Made by a program: the position numbers and the translations under genes
In this document: positions 1-13,200 of the stretch, piece by piece
Numbering within the stretch: the stretch's first letter is position 1
Layout of the letters: each line of letters opens with the position of its first letter
Origin: Heptranchias perlo
Lineage: Eukaryota
Direction of reading: 5' to 3'
Length of the DNA stretch: 64,000 bases
Assembly: GCF_035084215.1 (NCBI RefSeq)
Contig: NC_090340.1
Location: forward strand, 4,650,001-4,714,000
The notes under the pieces: model-generated
Seen by the model: only the letters and a program-made list of their open reading frames with translations
Told to the model about the DNA's origin: nothing
Databases searched by the model: none

Positions 1-881
1 CTTAGGTGCAGGTAGCAAAAGAGGAAAGAGAACGATTCAGAAATAAAAGAGGGGAGAAAGAGAGAGAAACAACAATGACAAGAGAACTGACAGGGAGAAG
101 GGAGAGACGACGACCTTGAAATGACATGGCGTACAAGTGATCTAGCGTCAGAATTCGGATGCGAGCCCAGCGAAAACCCCAAGAAACTAACACGCCTGGA
201 CATGCAAACCCTAGAATGATCGCCTAGAATTCTCCGGCTGGATATCGGCGAATGCAGCGGAGAATCATCATAAGCGTTAGGAAGGAGATCAGTGGAACTA
301 GCGTAAATTCGTCCCTAATTGTAGACGTTCAGCAGAAAAGTCGTATTGACGGCTGATCTAAGATAGGGCAACGTCAACCCACGGCAGGAGACACAGCTGG
401 AATGTTAGTCGGTGAAGGCTCTGCCAGGAAATGCAAGACTTTTACGGTTTTACAATCACGAAACACGACGTCCAACATCAGTATTCGCAAATTTAAGATT
501 TAACGAACGTGTGTCACGAAGTATACACGGATCTCTCCTCGCTCAAGTACGTAAAGATGTCTCATGCTCATTGTTTCTAGCAACATTTAAAATCATTTCT
601 TTTAGAATGTATTTATATTATTGCGAGAAAAAACGAACAGAGAAAATCTTCACCAAAGCATTGACAATATCACGCACACGGCCAGCAATGGAATCCTTAT
701 TCCAGTGGATTGTATAATTGCAAATGATTTTCTGTGGTTTTGTTATATAAAAAAAAGAAAGATAATGGGACAAGCATGAAGTGGATAATGTTTGATTACG
801 TGGCATAGTCAGAAATATCATCAGATTGACATGGTTTCTGGTTTTGAGTGCTTATCATTGACCAATTTATATCTTTTCCAG

Positions 882-996
882 ACGATCATTCTGTCCTACC
901 CATCCACCTGATTTATCGATCTACAGTGGCGTTATTGGTCATTATTCTACTGACGATAATCATCCTCAACCATGTTACATCAGATAACTTTTAAAG
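882..996 (+). CDS. Transmembrane exon of upstream paralog (copy A) of the VJ-C1 Ig-superfamily receptor; in-frame TAA at 992-994
   Basis: Acceptor atatcttttccag| at 881/882, phase 1, reads (D)DHSVLPIHLIYRSTVALLVIILLTIIILNHVTSDNF*; donor AG|gtaaga at 996/997. Paralogous to 42475-42589. Confidence 0.75.
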
Positions 997-1184
997 GTAA
1001 GAGATTATTCAATCTTAAACAACATTATTCAATTTATAACATGGAAGAAATATGTGACATTTCGTAATCAATTGTAGAGATTTCTACTCAATAAATACAA
1101 AATAATGAAATGCCTGAAACCATGAAAACCAACAGGAAGTCCTATCAGGGCCGCTGTTTAATGTTGGCTTTAGAAAATAAGTTA

Positions 1185-2790
1185 AAATAAGAAATATGAG
1201 CAGGAGTAGGCCATCCAGATCATGGCTGATCTTCTACCTCCACTTTCCCAGCCTATCCCTATATCCCTTGATTATCTTGAGTACCAAAACCTATCGATCT
1301 CAGTCAGAATATACTCAACGACTGAGCATCCACAGCCCACTAGGGTAGAGAATTCCAAAGATTTGCAGCCCACTGTGTGAAGAAATTTCTCCTCATATTA
1401 GTCCTAAATGATCGATCCCTTATCCTGAGAATATGCCCCCGAGGTCGAGACTGTCCACCCAGTGGAAGCAGCCTCTCAGCATCTACCGTGTCAAATCCAC
1501 TCAGATTCGAATATGTTTCAATGAGATCACACATAATTCTACACAACTCCAGGAAAACACATTCTGCTCAATCTCTCCTCATGGACCAATCCTCTCATCC
1601 CAGGAATCAATCCCGTTAACCTTCATTGAAACACATCTGAGGCAATTGTATCCTTCCTTAGGTAAGGAGGCCAAAACTGTACACATTACACCAGGTGTGG
1701 TCTCACCAAAGCCCTGTAAAATTGCAGCAAGACTTCCTTACTCTTGTACTCCAACCCCCTTGCAATAAAGGTCAACATGTCATTTGCCTTCCTAATTGCT
1801 TGCTGTGACTTCCTGTGTTTCGTGTACAAGGACACTCAAATCCCTCTGAACAGGAACATTTAATAGTTTTTCACCGTTTACAAAATGTTAAGCTTTTCAA
1901 TTCTTCCTACCAAAGTGAATAACTTCACATTTCACCACATTATACTTCATCTGCCAACTTCTTGCCCACGAACTTAACCTGCCTTTATCCCCTTGCAGTC
2001 CCTTTCCCACCTAGCTTTGTATCGTTAGCGCAATTGGATACATAACACTGGATCCTTTCGTCTAAATAATTAATATGGATTTTAAATAGCTGAGGCCCAA
2101 GCACTGATCCATGCGGCTCCCCAGTAGTTGCAGCCTGCCAACCTGAAAATGGCCGATATATTCCTAGTCACTGTTTTCTGTCCGTGAACCAATCCTCAAT
2201 TCCTGCTAATATATTACGCCAACCCCATGGGACTTTACCTTGTGTAAAAATCTTTTGTGTTACACTTTATCGAATGGCTTTTGAAATTTCAAATATACTA
2301 CATCCTCTGGTTCCCCTTTATCTACCGTGCGAGTTCGATCATCATAAAACAATAATAGAGTTGTCAAACACGATTCCCCTTTCATAAAACCATGTTTACT
2401 CTGCCTAATCATATTATGTTTTGCTAAGTGCCACCTTAATAATTGATTCCAGCACTTTCAGGAATACTGATGTCGTACTAACTGGACTGTGGTTACCTGC
2501 TTTCTCTCTCCCTGATTTCCTGAATAGCTCTGTAACGTTTGCTACCTCCCAATCCACTGGGACAGTTCTAGAATCTAGGGAACTTTGGAAGATCACAACC
2601 AATGCATGCACTATCTCTGCAGCCACCTCTTTTAGAACCCGAGGATGCAGGTCAGCCGGCCCAAGGGATTTTTTGGTTGTTAGTCCCTTTCATTGCTTCA
2701 TTACTTTTTCTTTACTAATATTAATTAATTTAAGCTCCTCACTCTCATTGAACCCTGGGTTCCCCATTATTTCTGGTGTGTTTTTCTTTT
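1185..2790 (-). mobile_element. Old degraded CR1 LINE fragment (3' part), continues at 5369-~5700 after the young CR1 insertion
   Basis: Degenerate ORF2 peptides (RRNFFTQW..NLWNSLP; VPVDWEVANVT..F.K.GREKAGN); contiguous in copy B (42780-44700). Confidence 0.85.
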
Positions 2791-5368
2791 CATAGAAGAA
2801 TCATAGAATCATAGAAGTTACAACATGGAAACAGGCCCTTCGGCCCAACATGTCCATGTCGCCCAGTTTATACGACTAAGCTAGTCCCAATTGCCTGCAC
2901 TTGGCCCATATCCCTCTATACCCATCTTACGCATGTAACTGTCCAAATGCTTTTTAAAAGACAAAATTGTATCCGCCTCTACTACTGCCTCTGGCAGCTC
3001 GTTCCAGACACTCACCACCCTTTGAGTGAAAAAATTGCCCCTCTGGACCCTTTTGTATCTCTCCCCTCTCACCTTAAATCTGTGCCCCCTCGTTATAGAC
3101 TCCCCTACCTTTGGGAAAAGATTTTGACTATCGACCTTATCTATGCCCCTCATTATTTTATAGACTTCTATAAGATCACCCCTTAACCTCCTACTCTCCA
3201 GGGAAAAAAGTCCCAGTCTGTCTAACGTCTCCCTGTAAGTCAAACCATCAAGTCCCGGTAGCATCCTAGTAAATCTTTTCTGCACTCTTTCTAGTTTAAT
3301 AATATGCTTTCTATAATAGGGTGACCAGAACTGTACACAGTACTCCAAGTGTGGCCTCACCAATGCCCTGTACAACTTCAACAAGACATCCCAACTCCTG
3401 CATTCAATGTTCAGACCAATGAAACCAAGCATGCTGAATGCCTTCTTCACCACCCTATCCACCTGTGACTCAACTTTCAAGGAGCTATGAATCTGTACTC
3501 CCAAACCTCTTTGTTCTATAACTCTCCCCAACATCCTACCATTAACGGAGTAGGTCCTGAACCGATTCGATCTACCAAAATGCATCACCTCACATTTATC
3601 TAAATTAAACTCCATCTGCCATTCATCGGCCCACTGGCCCAATTTATCAAGATCCCGTTGCAATCCTAGATAACCTTCTTCACTGTCCACAATGCCACCA
3701 ATCTTGGTGTCATCTGCAAACTTACTAACCATGCCTCCTAAATTCTCATCCAAATCATTAATATAAATAACAAATAACAGCGGACCCAGCACCGATCCCT
3801 GAGGCACACCGCTGGACACAGGCATCCAGTTTGAAAAACAACCCTCTACAACCACCCTCTGTCTTCTGTCGTCAAGCCAATTTTGTATCCAATTGGCTAC
3901 CTCACCTTGGATCCCATGAGATTTAACCTTATGTAACAACCAACCATGCGGTACCTTGTCAAATGCTTTGCTGAAGTCCATGTAGACCACGTCTACTGCA
4001 CAGCCCTCATCTATCTTCTTGGTTACCCCTTCAAAAAACTCAATCAAATTCGTGAGACATGATTTTCCTCTCACAAAACCATGCTGACTGTTCCTAATTA
4101 GTCCCTGCCTCTCCAAATGCCTGTAGATCCTGTCCCTCAGAATACCCTCTAACAACTTACCCACTACAGATGTCAGGCTCACTGGTCTGTAGTTCCCAGG
4201 CTTTTCCCTGCCGCCCTTCTTAAACAAAGGCACAACATTTGCTACCCTCCAATCTTCAGGCACCTCACCTGTAGCGGTGGATGATTCAAATATCTCTGCT
4301 AGGGGACCCGCAATTTCCTCCCAGACCTCCCATAACGTCCTGGGATACATTTCATCAGGTCCCGGAGATTTATCTACCTTGATGCGCGTTAAGACTTCCA
4401 GCACCTCCCTCTCTGTAATATGTGCACTCCTCAAGACATCACTATTTATTTCCCCAAGTTCCCTAACATCCATGCCTTTCTCAACCGTAAATACCGATGT
4501 GAAATATTCATTCAGGATCTCACCCATCTCTTGTGGTTCCGCACATAGATGACCTTGTTGATCCTTAAGAGGCCCTACTCTCTCCCTAGTTACCCTTTTG
4601 CCCTTTATGTATTTGTAGAAGCTCTTTGGATTCACCTTTGCCTGATCTGCCAAAGCAATCTCATATCCCCTTTTTGCCCTCCTGATTTCTCTCTTAACTC
4701 TACTCCGGCAATCTCTATACTCTTCAAGGGATCCACTTGATCCCAGCTGCCTATGCATGTCATATGCCTCCTTCTTCTTTTTGACTAGTGCCTCAATCTC
4801 CCGAGTCATCCAAGGTTCCCTACTTCTACCAGCCTTGCCCTTCACTTTATAAGGAATGTGCTTACCCTGAACCCTGGTTAACACACTTTTGAAAGCCTCC
4901 CACTTACCAGACGTCCCTTTGCCTGCCAACAGACTCTCCCAATCAACTTCTGAAAGTTCCTGTCTAATACCATCAAAATTGGCCTTTCCCCAATTTAGAA
5001 TTTTAACTTTTGGGCCAGACCTATCCTTCTCCATAGCTATTTTAAAACTAATGGAATTATGATCACTGGTCCCAAAGTGATCCCTCACTAACACTTCTGT
5101 CACCTGCCCTTCCTTATTTCCCAAGAGGAGGTCAAGTTTTGCCCCCTCTCTAGTCGGGCCATCCACATATTGAATGAGAAATTCCTCCTGAATACACTCA
5201 ACAAATTTCTCTCCATCCAAGCCCCTAATGCGATGGCTGTCCCAGTCAATGTTGGGAAAGTTAAAGTCCCCCACTATGACCACCCTATTTTTCTTGCAGC
5301 TGTCTGTAATCTCCTTACATATTTGCTCCTCAATTTCCCGTTGACTATTTGGGGGTCTGTAGTACAAT
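2791..5368 (-). mobile_element. Young 5'-truncated CR1 LINE insertion, present only in duplicate copy A
   Basis: 3' tail (TTCTATGA)n seen as tcatagaa repeats at ~2790-2816. Copy B shows the empty site (gtgttttttt|attcttctattg, ~44381-44402). Confidence 0.95.
2881..5368 (-). CDS. CR1 ORF2, uninterrupted but 5'-truncated within the APE endonuclease; RT domain complete
   Basis: YYRPP, GDFN, SDH (endonuclease); NYRPVSLTS, QHGF, DFSKAFD, GVPQGSVLGP, FADD (RT). The first ~10 aa of the 839-aa track ORF come from flanking DNA. Confidence 0.93.
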
Positions 5369-5759
5369 ATTCTTCTATTGTAAGGGCAGATAGAATACAT
5401 TTGTTCAACGCATCTGTCATTTCCTGATTCCCCAATATAATTTCTCCTGTCTCAGCCTCGAAGGGAATTCACGTTTACTTTCGCTCCTCTCTTCCTTTTT
5501 ACATACTTTACAAACAATCTGATTTAATCTGTCTATTTACTCCCTCATCCGTTTTTTTGACTTCCTTTGCTGGTTTCTAAATCGTTCCCAATCCTCAGGC
5601 TTACTACTCTTCTTGGTAAAATAATAAGCCTCTTATTTTAATCCAATACGACACTTAACATATTTAGTAAGCCAGGGATGGATCATTTTTACCGTCGAGA
5701 TTTTATTTCTGAATGAAAATTGTATTAGTAAAGAATTATGAAAGATTTATTGAAATGAT

Positions 5760-6995
5760 TTTGAGTATGTAACTGGTCAAATAGACAAGGGAGAACCAGT
5801 GCATGTGGTTTAATTGGATTTTCAGAAGGTCTTTGAAAAAGTCCCACATGAGAGGTTAGTGTGCAAATTTAAAGTGCATGGGATTGGTGGTAATTTACTG
5901 GCATGGATTGAAAATTGGTTCACAGACAGGAAACAGAGAGTAGCAATAAATGGATCTTTTTTCGGGGTGGCAGGCAGTGACGAGTGAGGTACCGCAGGGA
6001 TTAGTGCTGGGGCCCCAGCTATTCACAATATATATCAATGATTTGGATGAGGGAACTAAATGTAATATTTCCAAGTTTGCTAACGACACAAAACTAGGTG
6101 GGATAGTGAGTTGAGAGGAGTTTGAAAAGAGGCTTCATGGCGATTTAGACAAGTTGAGTGAGTGGGCAAATACATGGAGGATGCAGTGTAATGTGGATAA
6201 ATGTGAAGTTATCCACTTAGGAAGGAAAAACAGAAAGGCAGAGTATTATTAAAATGTTGATAGATTGGGGAATGTTGTTGTACAAAGGAACCTGGGTGCC
6301 CTTGTACACCAGTCATTGAAAGCAAACATGCAGGTGCAGCAAGCAGTTAGGCAGGCAAATGGTATGTTGGCCTTCATTGCAAAAGGATTTGAGTGTAGGT
6401 GCAAGGATGTCTTACTGCAGTTATACAAGGCCTTGTTGAGTCCACACCTGATGTATTGTGTGCAGTTTTGGTCTCCTTACCTCAGAAAGCATATGCAGAT
6501 GGAGTGCAGCGAATGTTCACCAGACTGATCCCTGGGATGGCAGGACTGTCGTATGAGCAGAGCTTGGGTAGACTTGGCCTGTATCACTCGAATTTCGAAG
6601 AATGAGAGGATATCTCAGTGAAACACGTAAAATTCTGACAGGGCTAGACAGAGTGGACGCAAGGAGGATGTTTCCCCTGTTCGAGGTGGGGGGTGTCCAG
6701 AACGAGGGGTCACAGTCTCAGAATACGGGGTCGGACATTTAGGATTGAGGTGAGGATAAATTTATTCTCTCAGAGGCTGGTGAACCTGTGGAATTCTGGA
6801 CCATAGACGGCTGTGGAGGCGAAGTTACTGAATGTATTTAAGAAGGAGCTAGATAGAATTCGAGAAACAAATAGCTTCAAGGGGTATGGGGAGAGAGCGG
6901 GATAGACGGTCAGCCAAGACCATATTGAATGGCAGAGCAGGCTCAAAGGGCCGAATAGCCTACTCCTGATCCTATGTTCTATGTTTCTATGTTCA
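5760..6995 (+). mobile_element. Degraded CR1 LINE 3' fragment
   Basis: RT motifs with stops ([39 protein letters not shown]) and ttctatg-type tail at ~6975-6995. Confidence 0.88.
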
Positions 6996-7994
6996 TGATC
7001 GACCTTCATATATGTTAACCGAATTTATCAATCAACCTTAGCCAACTCGCTAATCATACCTCTGTAATTGGCTTTGTTTAAGTTTAAAACTATAGTTTCT
7101 GACTAATTACGTCATTTTCGAACTCAATGTGAAATTCTATCACAGTATGATCACTCTTCCCCAGACGATCCCTTACTCTTTGATTCCGAATTAACCGTGT
7201 CTCATTGCAAAATATTACATCTAACATTACCTGTTGCCTGGTTCGTTCCACCACGTACTGTGCTACGAAACTGTCTCGAATGCATTCTATGAACTACAAT
7301 TAAAATCGGCCGACAAATTCTCGTCAAATTCATTGTCTCACCTGAATTCATCGAAGAGACAAGCTTTGTTATCGTTGTGATTATCGGTTATGCGCCATTT
7401 ATAACATTTAAAATTTCTCCATTACATTTCAGCCTCTAACTTATTCTTCGTTTTAAATAATTCTGCATTCAACCCATTCAAATGCCTCGATTAGATACTA
7501 ATTTGTAATGCACTTTTGGATGCACATTGTTCCTATCAACCCGATCAGCTACCACCAGACTCCCGGTGGTAGGTTCGGTGAAGTTGGGGGTGGGGTTGCA
7601 TATGCCAGAAAAATGGATAAATGTCCAATAGGATTATTTGCACCGTTTTTCTGCGATTTAAGCTGGTGTCCCGAGGTAAGGACTGGGGTGATTGGATTCT
7701 GATTGTGAAACCTTTCTAGACCTGACCACTCTGCAAGGGCTCTCCGCATGTCTGGCTTTAACCTCAGCAGGACACCAGGCGAAGCCCCAGGAGAAACAGT
7801 GTAAATGGTGGGAAGATAGATCGGGAAAGCGAGCGAACCCTGGCGCGATTTGAAGATCATAATTAAAAAGCACAGTTCATTGAATTTACAAAATGTAACT
7901 TCCATTAAAAGTTGAATTTAATCCTCAAACACTGCTTGAGCTTGTGCCAATTTGATGGTGTTCAATTGAAGCTCAACACAAGCTCGAAGAACAA

Positions 7995-10803
7995 AATGTA
8001 TGTACTTCAATGCACGAAATCTAGTGAATAAGGCAGATGAGCTGAGGGCACAGATAGATACGTGGATGTATGATATCATAGCTAATACTGAAGTACGATA
8101 TCATAGCTGTTATGGCTTAAAGATTGACTGGAATGGCAGCTCAACATTCCTGCTTACAGGGTATTCAGTCGAGATAGGGAGTGAGATGATATAGGATGCG
8201 GGTGGCAATATTGGTTAAAGAAACAATTACAGTCGTGTGGTGGCATTATTTATTAGAAGGATCATAAAATGAGGCCATATGGGTTGAGCTGAAGAACAAA
8301 TAAGGGGCAATCACTCTGCTGGAAGTGGGATCAACCAGTAAACAGTCAGAGGGACATTGGAGAGCAACTATTTAGGTAAATTTCTGAGACGTGCAAAAAC
8401 AATAGAGTAGTAATAGTAAGGGATTTCAACTACCCTAATATTAACTGGGATAGAATCAGTGTAAAAGGCATCGAGAGCGCAGAATTCTTGAAATTAATTC
8501 AGGAGATCATTTTTAGGCAGTACATAGCAAGCTCAACTCGAGAAAGAGAGCAACTCTGGACTTAGTTTTAGGGAATGAAGCTGGGCAGGTGGAAGGAGTA
8601 TCAGCGGGAGAGAATTTTGGCGGTAGTTATCATAATTCAGTTGGATTTTGAGTAGTTCTGGAAAAAGACCAAGATTGAACAGGAGTAAAAGTTTTCAATT
8701 GGGGAAATGCCAATTTTAACAAGCTGCGAAGTGATTTAGCAAAAGTCGACGAAAAACAGCTGCTTGAAAGTAACTCGGTGCCAGAGCAGTGGGAGGCATT
8801 GAAGGAGGAGTTTGTGAGGGTTCAGAGCAAATATGTTCCCAAAAAGAAGAAGGGTGGCACTCCCAAAACTAGCGCCCCCATGGATGTCAGGATGGTATAC
8901 AGGCAAAATACGGAAGGTTGTGTCAGATGCCGAGAGCTGAATGCTGCAGAGATTCGAGAGGGATATAGAAAGTGCAGCCTTGAAATTAAAAGTAAATTAG
9001 GAAAGCAAAGAGAGGGCATGAAATTTTTTGCAATATAATCGAGGAAAACCCAAAGATTTTTTTTAATACACAAAGAGCAAGACGATAACTAAGGAAAAAG
9101 TAGGGCCTCTTTGAGACCAAAAATGTAACGTATGTGTGGCGGCAGAAGATGTGAGTATGATTGTGAATGAATACTTTGCGCATGTCTTTACAAAAGAGGG
9201 GGACATTGTAGTTAAGGAGGAGGAGTATGAAATTTTGGATGGGATAAACACATTGAGGGAGGAAGTATTAAGGGGATTAGCATCTTTGAATGTAGATAAA
9301 TCGCTAGCCACGGACGAAAAGTATCCCAGGCTGTTAGTAGAAGCATGGGAAGATATAGTGGATGCTCTGATCATCAGTTCCCAATCCTCTCTGGCTGCAG
9401 GAGCGTGCCAGAGGACTGCAAGCGTTGTGCCACTGTTTAAAAAGAGAGAAAGGGATAGACCGAGTAATTAAAGGCCAGTCAGCCTAACCTCGGTGGTGGC
9501 CAAATTATTGGAAACAATTTTGATTGACAGTATAAATCGTCATTTAGAAAGGCACGGATTAAAGAAGGACAGTCTGCAGGTATTTGTTTCGTGAAGGTCA
9601 TATTGACCAACTTGATTGCATTTCTTGAGGAGATAACGAGGAGGGTCGATGAGGGTTGTGCGTTTGATGTCGTCTACATAGCAAGGCTTTTGACACGGTC
9701 CCACATGGCGGACGGGTCAGAAAAGTAAATGCGCATGGGATCCAAGGGAGTGTGGCAAGTTGACTCCAAAATTGGCTCTGTGGAATGAAGCAAAGGGGAA
9801 TGCTCGATGGGTGTTTTTGTGAATGGAAGGCTGTTACCACTCGGATTCCGCAGGGCACAGTACCAGGTCCCTTGCTTTTTGTGGTATTTATCAATTATTT
9901 GGACCAAAATGTAGACTGCATGAGTAAGTAGTTGGCAGATGATACAAAAATCCGTTGTGTGGTTGAAAGTGAGGAGAAAAGCTGTAGACTGCAGCAGAAA
10001 GGTGGCAAATGGAATTCAATCTGGAAAAGTGTGAGGTAATCCATTTTGGGAGGGCAAACAAGGCAAGAGAATACACAATAAATGGAAGGATACTGAGAGG
10101 TGTAGTGGAATAGATGGACCTCGGAGTGCACATCTACAGATCCCAGAAAGTAACAGGACTGGGAGATAAAGTGGTTAAGAAGGCATACGGGATACTTTCC
10201 TTCATTAGCCAAGGTATAGAATATAAGAATAAGGAGTTTCTGCTTGAACTGTAGAAAACATTAGTTCGGCAAGAGCGTGGGTACTGCTTACAGGAAAGAT
10301 GTGATTGCACGAGATAGGGTACAGAGCAGATTTACGAGGATGTTGCAAGGACCGGAGAATTTTAAGTATGAAGAAAGATTGGTTCGGCTGGGATTGTTTT
10401 CTTTGGGACAGAAGAGGCTGAGCAGAGATTTAATTGAGGTGTATAAAATTCTGAGGGGCCTGGATAGAGTGGATAGGAAGGACATGTTTGCCTTAGCAGA
10501 TGGGTCAATAACCTGGGGGCATAGATTTAAATAATTGCTAGAAAGATTAGAGGGGAGCTGAGGAAACATTTTTCATCCAGAAGGTGGTAGGGGTCCGAAG
10601 CTCATTTGCTGAAACGGTCATAGAGGCAAGAAACCTCATCGCATTTCAAAGCTGATTGAATGTGCACTTGAAGCGTCGTAACCTACAGGCCAAGGACGAA
10701 GAGCTGGGAAGAGTCATTCGGCTGGATTGTTGCTTTTTCGGCCGGCACAGACGTGATGGACCGAATGGCCTCCTACTGCACCATAATATCAATGATTCTA
10801 TGA
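7995..10803 (+). mobile_element. Degraded CR1 LINE spanning most of ORF2
   Basis: MYFNARNLVNKADEL endonuclease start, DFNYPNINW, RPVSLTSVV and RLGLFSL, with many stops/frameshifts; tail gattctatga at ~10793-10803. Confidence 0.88.
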
Positions 10804-10809
10804 ACAGCA

Positions 10810-13200
10810 CCCCATTTTTCTACGAACACATGAAGCACTTTCGGGTTCTACTCTCCTCTGCCAAAACAGTTCACAACACCAGGATCATCCTGGAATGCGA
10901 AGATGACACACGGTTTCTCTGCTCCACTACCGTTTAAAGCCCCGCTCCACTGTCTGCTCAACCCTCACCTCCAAAACAAGTGCGATGAGCTCATGGACTT
11001 TTATGTCGACGAAGTTTGAGCGCCTCTGTTCAATTAACTCTGCTGCTTTCCTTCCTTCTCCTTGGCCACCGAACGAAACATCACCCAAAAATTCCCCCTA
11101 CACTCGCCCTTAACTCGCATCATTCTGTAGTTTCTCTCCTATCTCTCCGAATGCCATCTCCGACATCATCTTGTCCACGAGACCCACCTCTTGCTTCTGC
11201 ACCCCTGCTTCCCAGCAAACTACTGACCACACAACTTTCATTCCTGACCGCCATGCTATCTGATATTTCAAACAGTTCCCTCCTCTCAGGTACCGTAAGG
11301 CTCCAATTAGGATCTCCATCATTACCACCTCATTTAAAATCCAACCTTCAACTCTGTGTCCTGGCAAACTATCGCCCAATCTCCAAATTCCCGTTGCTCT
11401 CCAAATCCTTGAACTTGTTGTCCCCATCCAAATCCTTGCCCATTATTCCTGTGACTCAATATTTGACCCTCCCCAATCAGGCTACCGCCCCGGCCACAGC
11501 ATGAAATGGCCCGTACCAAGTCACAAATGACATCCTATGCGACTGTGACTGTGTTCTGCTATCCCTCCTGATCCTTCCCGACATGTCTGCAGCCTTTATC
11601 TCGTTTGGCCACACCATCCTCCTGAACCACTTCTCCTCTGGGTGGGACTGCCCTCACCTTGCTCTATTCTTATCTGTTATAATGCAGCCAGAGGCCCTAC
11701 TGCAATGGCTTCTCTTCCCGCTCACAAGCATTTCAGCTGGAGTCTCCAAGGATTCTAATTGCCCCCCTCCTATTTATCATCTACATGCTGCCACATCTGA
11801 AAATACAATGCCACATTCCATATGTATGCTAATGACGCTCAGCTCTCCATCATTATGACACCTTTTGACTCGATGATTGCCTTTGATTTAACATGCTGCT
11901 TGTCAGGCATCCAGCATTGTTTGCACAGAAATTTCTTCCAATTAAATATTGGGAATACTGACATGATCGGCTCCACAACTTAAGTTTAACTGGAAGTGAG
12001 GGGGAGGCCCGAGCTGTCGGCTGCCAGTCAGCTGATCCGATGTGGGAGCTGTAAACTCCAGGAGGTAAGTTCCTTCCGCTCACCCACCCCAGGTCCCGAA
12101 CTCTGCCTCCCGCTGGCACCAATCTATAGCCTCCCCCGGCGCCCATCTCCAGCCTCCCCGTGGCCGCGATCTCCAGACTCACGCACTCTGAATCGTGGCT
12201 CGGAACCGATGCTCCCATTCTGATGCTGGGGGCAATTTCCGCTTTGGACGGCTGCGGCATCCTGCTGTCAGACATGGCTCCCGCCAGCCAATCAGGCTGT
12301 CAATTTGTCAAGCCCAACAAGATTCAAAAGCGGCACTGCCGTTCAGATCGGTAGGCCTTCCACGTCCCCAGCTTTGCCGGGTTCTCAACCCGCCCCCACC
12401 GCACCATATCCAGCTCCCCATTAATATTGGGGCCCTTGTCTTCCGTCCTGCCACAAACTCAGTTCCCAAGCAACCTACCCCCTGGCCAATGTCTGCGGTA
12501 AACCAAACTTTTCGCAAACTTAATGTCCTATTTGACTCTAAGGGGAGCTTCCAACCCTATAATCATCTCCATCACCAAGACCACCTGCTTCCACCTTATT
12601 AATAGTGCCCCTTCAAACCCCTGTCTCAGCCCATCTGCTGCTGAAAACCTCATCCATGGTTTTCTTACTTACTGTCTCGACGATTGGAAAGCTGTCCTGG
12701 CTGATCTGAAAACTTGCACCCTATTAAGCTGATCCAAACCTCTGCTCCCCTTATCCTAACCCATACATCCAATTCCACTATGCTCACTAAACTACCTTGA
12801 CTCCGGGTCCGGCATTGCCCCCAATTTAAAAGCCGCATCCTTTTGTTCAAATCCCTCAATGACCTTGCTCCTCACTATCTCTGTAACCACCCACAGCAGT
12901 ATGACTCAGACATCTCTGTGCTCCTCCAATTCTGGCCTCTTGCGCATCCCCAATATTACGCGGACCAACATTGGCGGCCGTGCCTTCAGCTGTGCAGGCC
13001 CTATTTTCTGGAATTCCCGGCATAAATCCATCCCTCTCTCTACCTCTCTCTCCTCCTTCATGGCGCTCGTTAAAACCAACAATTGGACCAAGCTTTTGGT
13101 CACCTTCCCTAATATCTGTGACACACTGTCATTTTTTTTTCAGAAAGCTTTCCTGTGAAGTGCCTTGGGACGATATACTATGTTACTGGCGCTATATAAT
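10810..13200 (+). mobile_element. Degraded L2-clade LINE fragment
   Basis: NYRPISKFPLLSK, YADD-like site, NIGGRAFS, and L2-type 3' end gtgaagtgccttgggacg...ggcgctatataa. Confidence 0.8.
11962..12430. mobile_element. GC-rich non-coding insertion (probable non-autonomous element) interrupting the L2
   Basis: Abrupt GC-rich block between L2 segments ...ttgggaatactga and gcccttgtcttcc...; also present in copy B (~50583-51052). Boundaries approximate. Confidence 0.5.

Noticed and set aside
11016-11504. 162-aa ORF preserved in both duplicates, with a signal-peptide-like start
   Set aside because: Lies within the decayed L2 (ends in NYRPISK), starts at TTG, and conservation is explained by the recent duplication.
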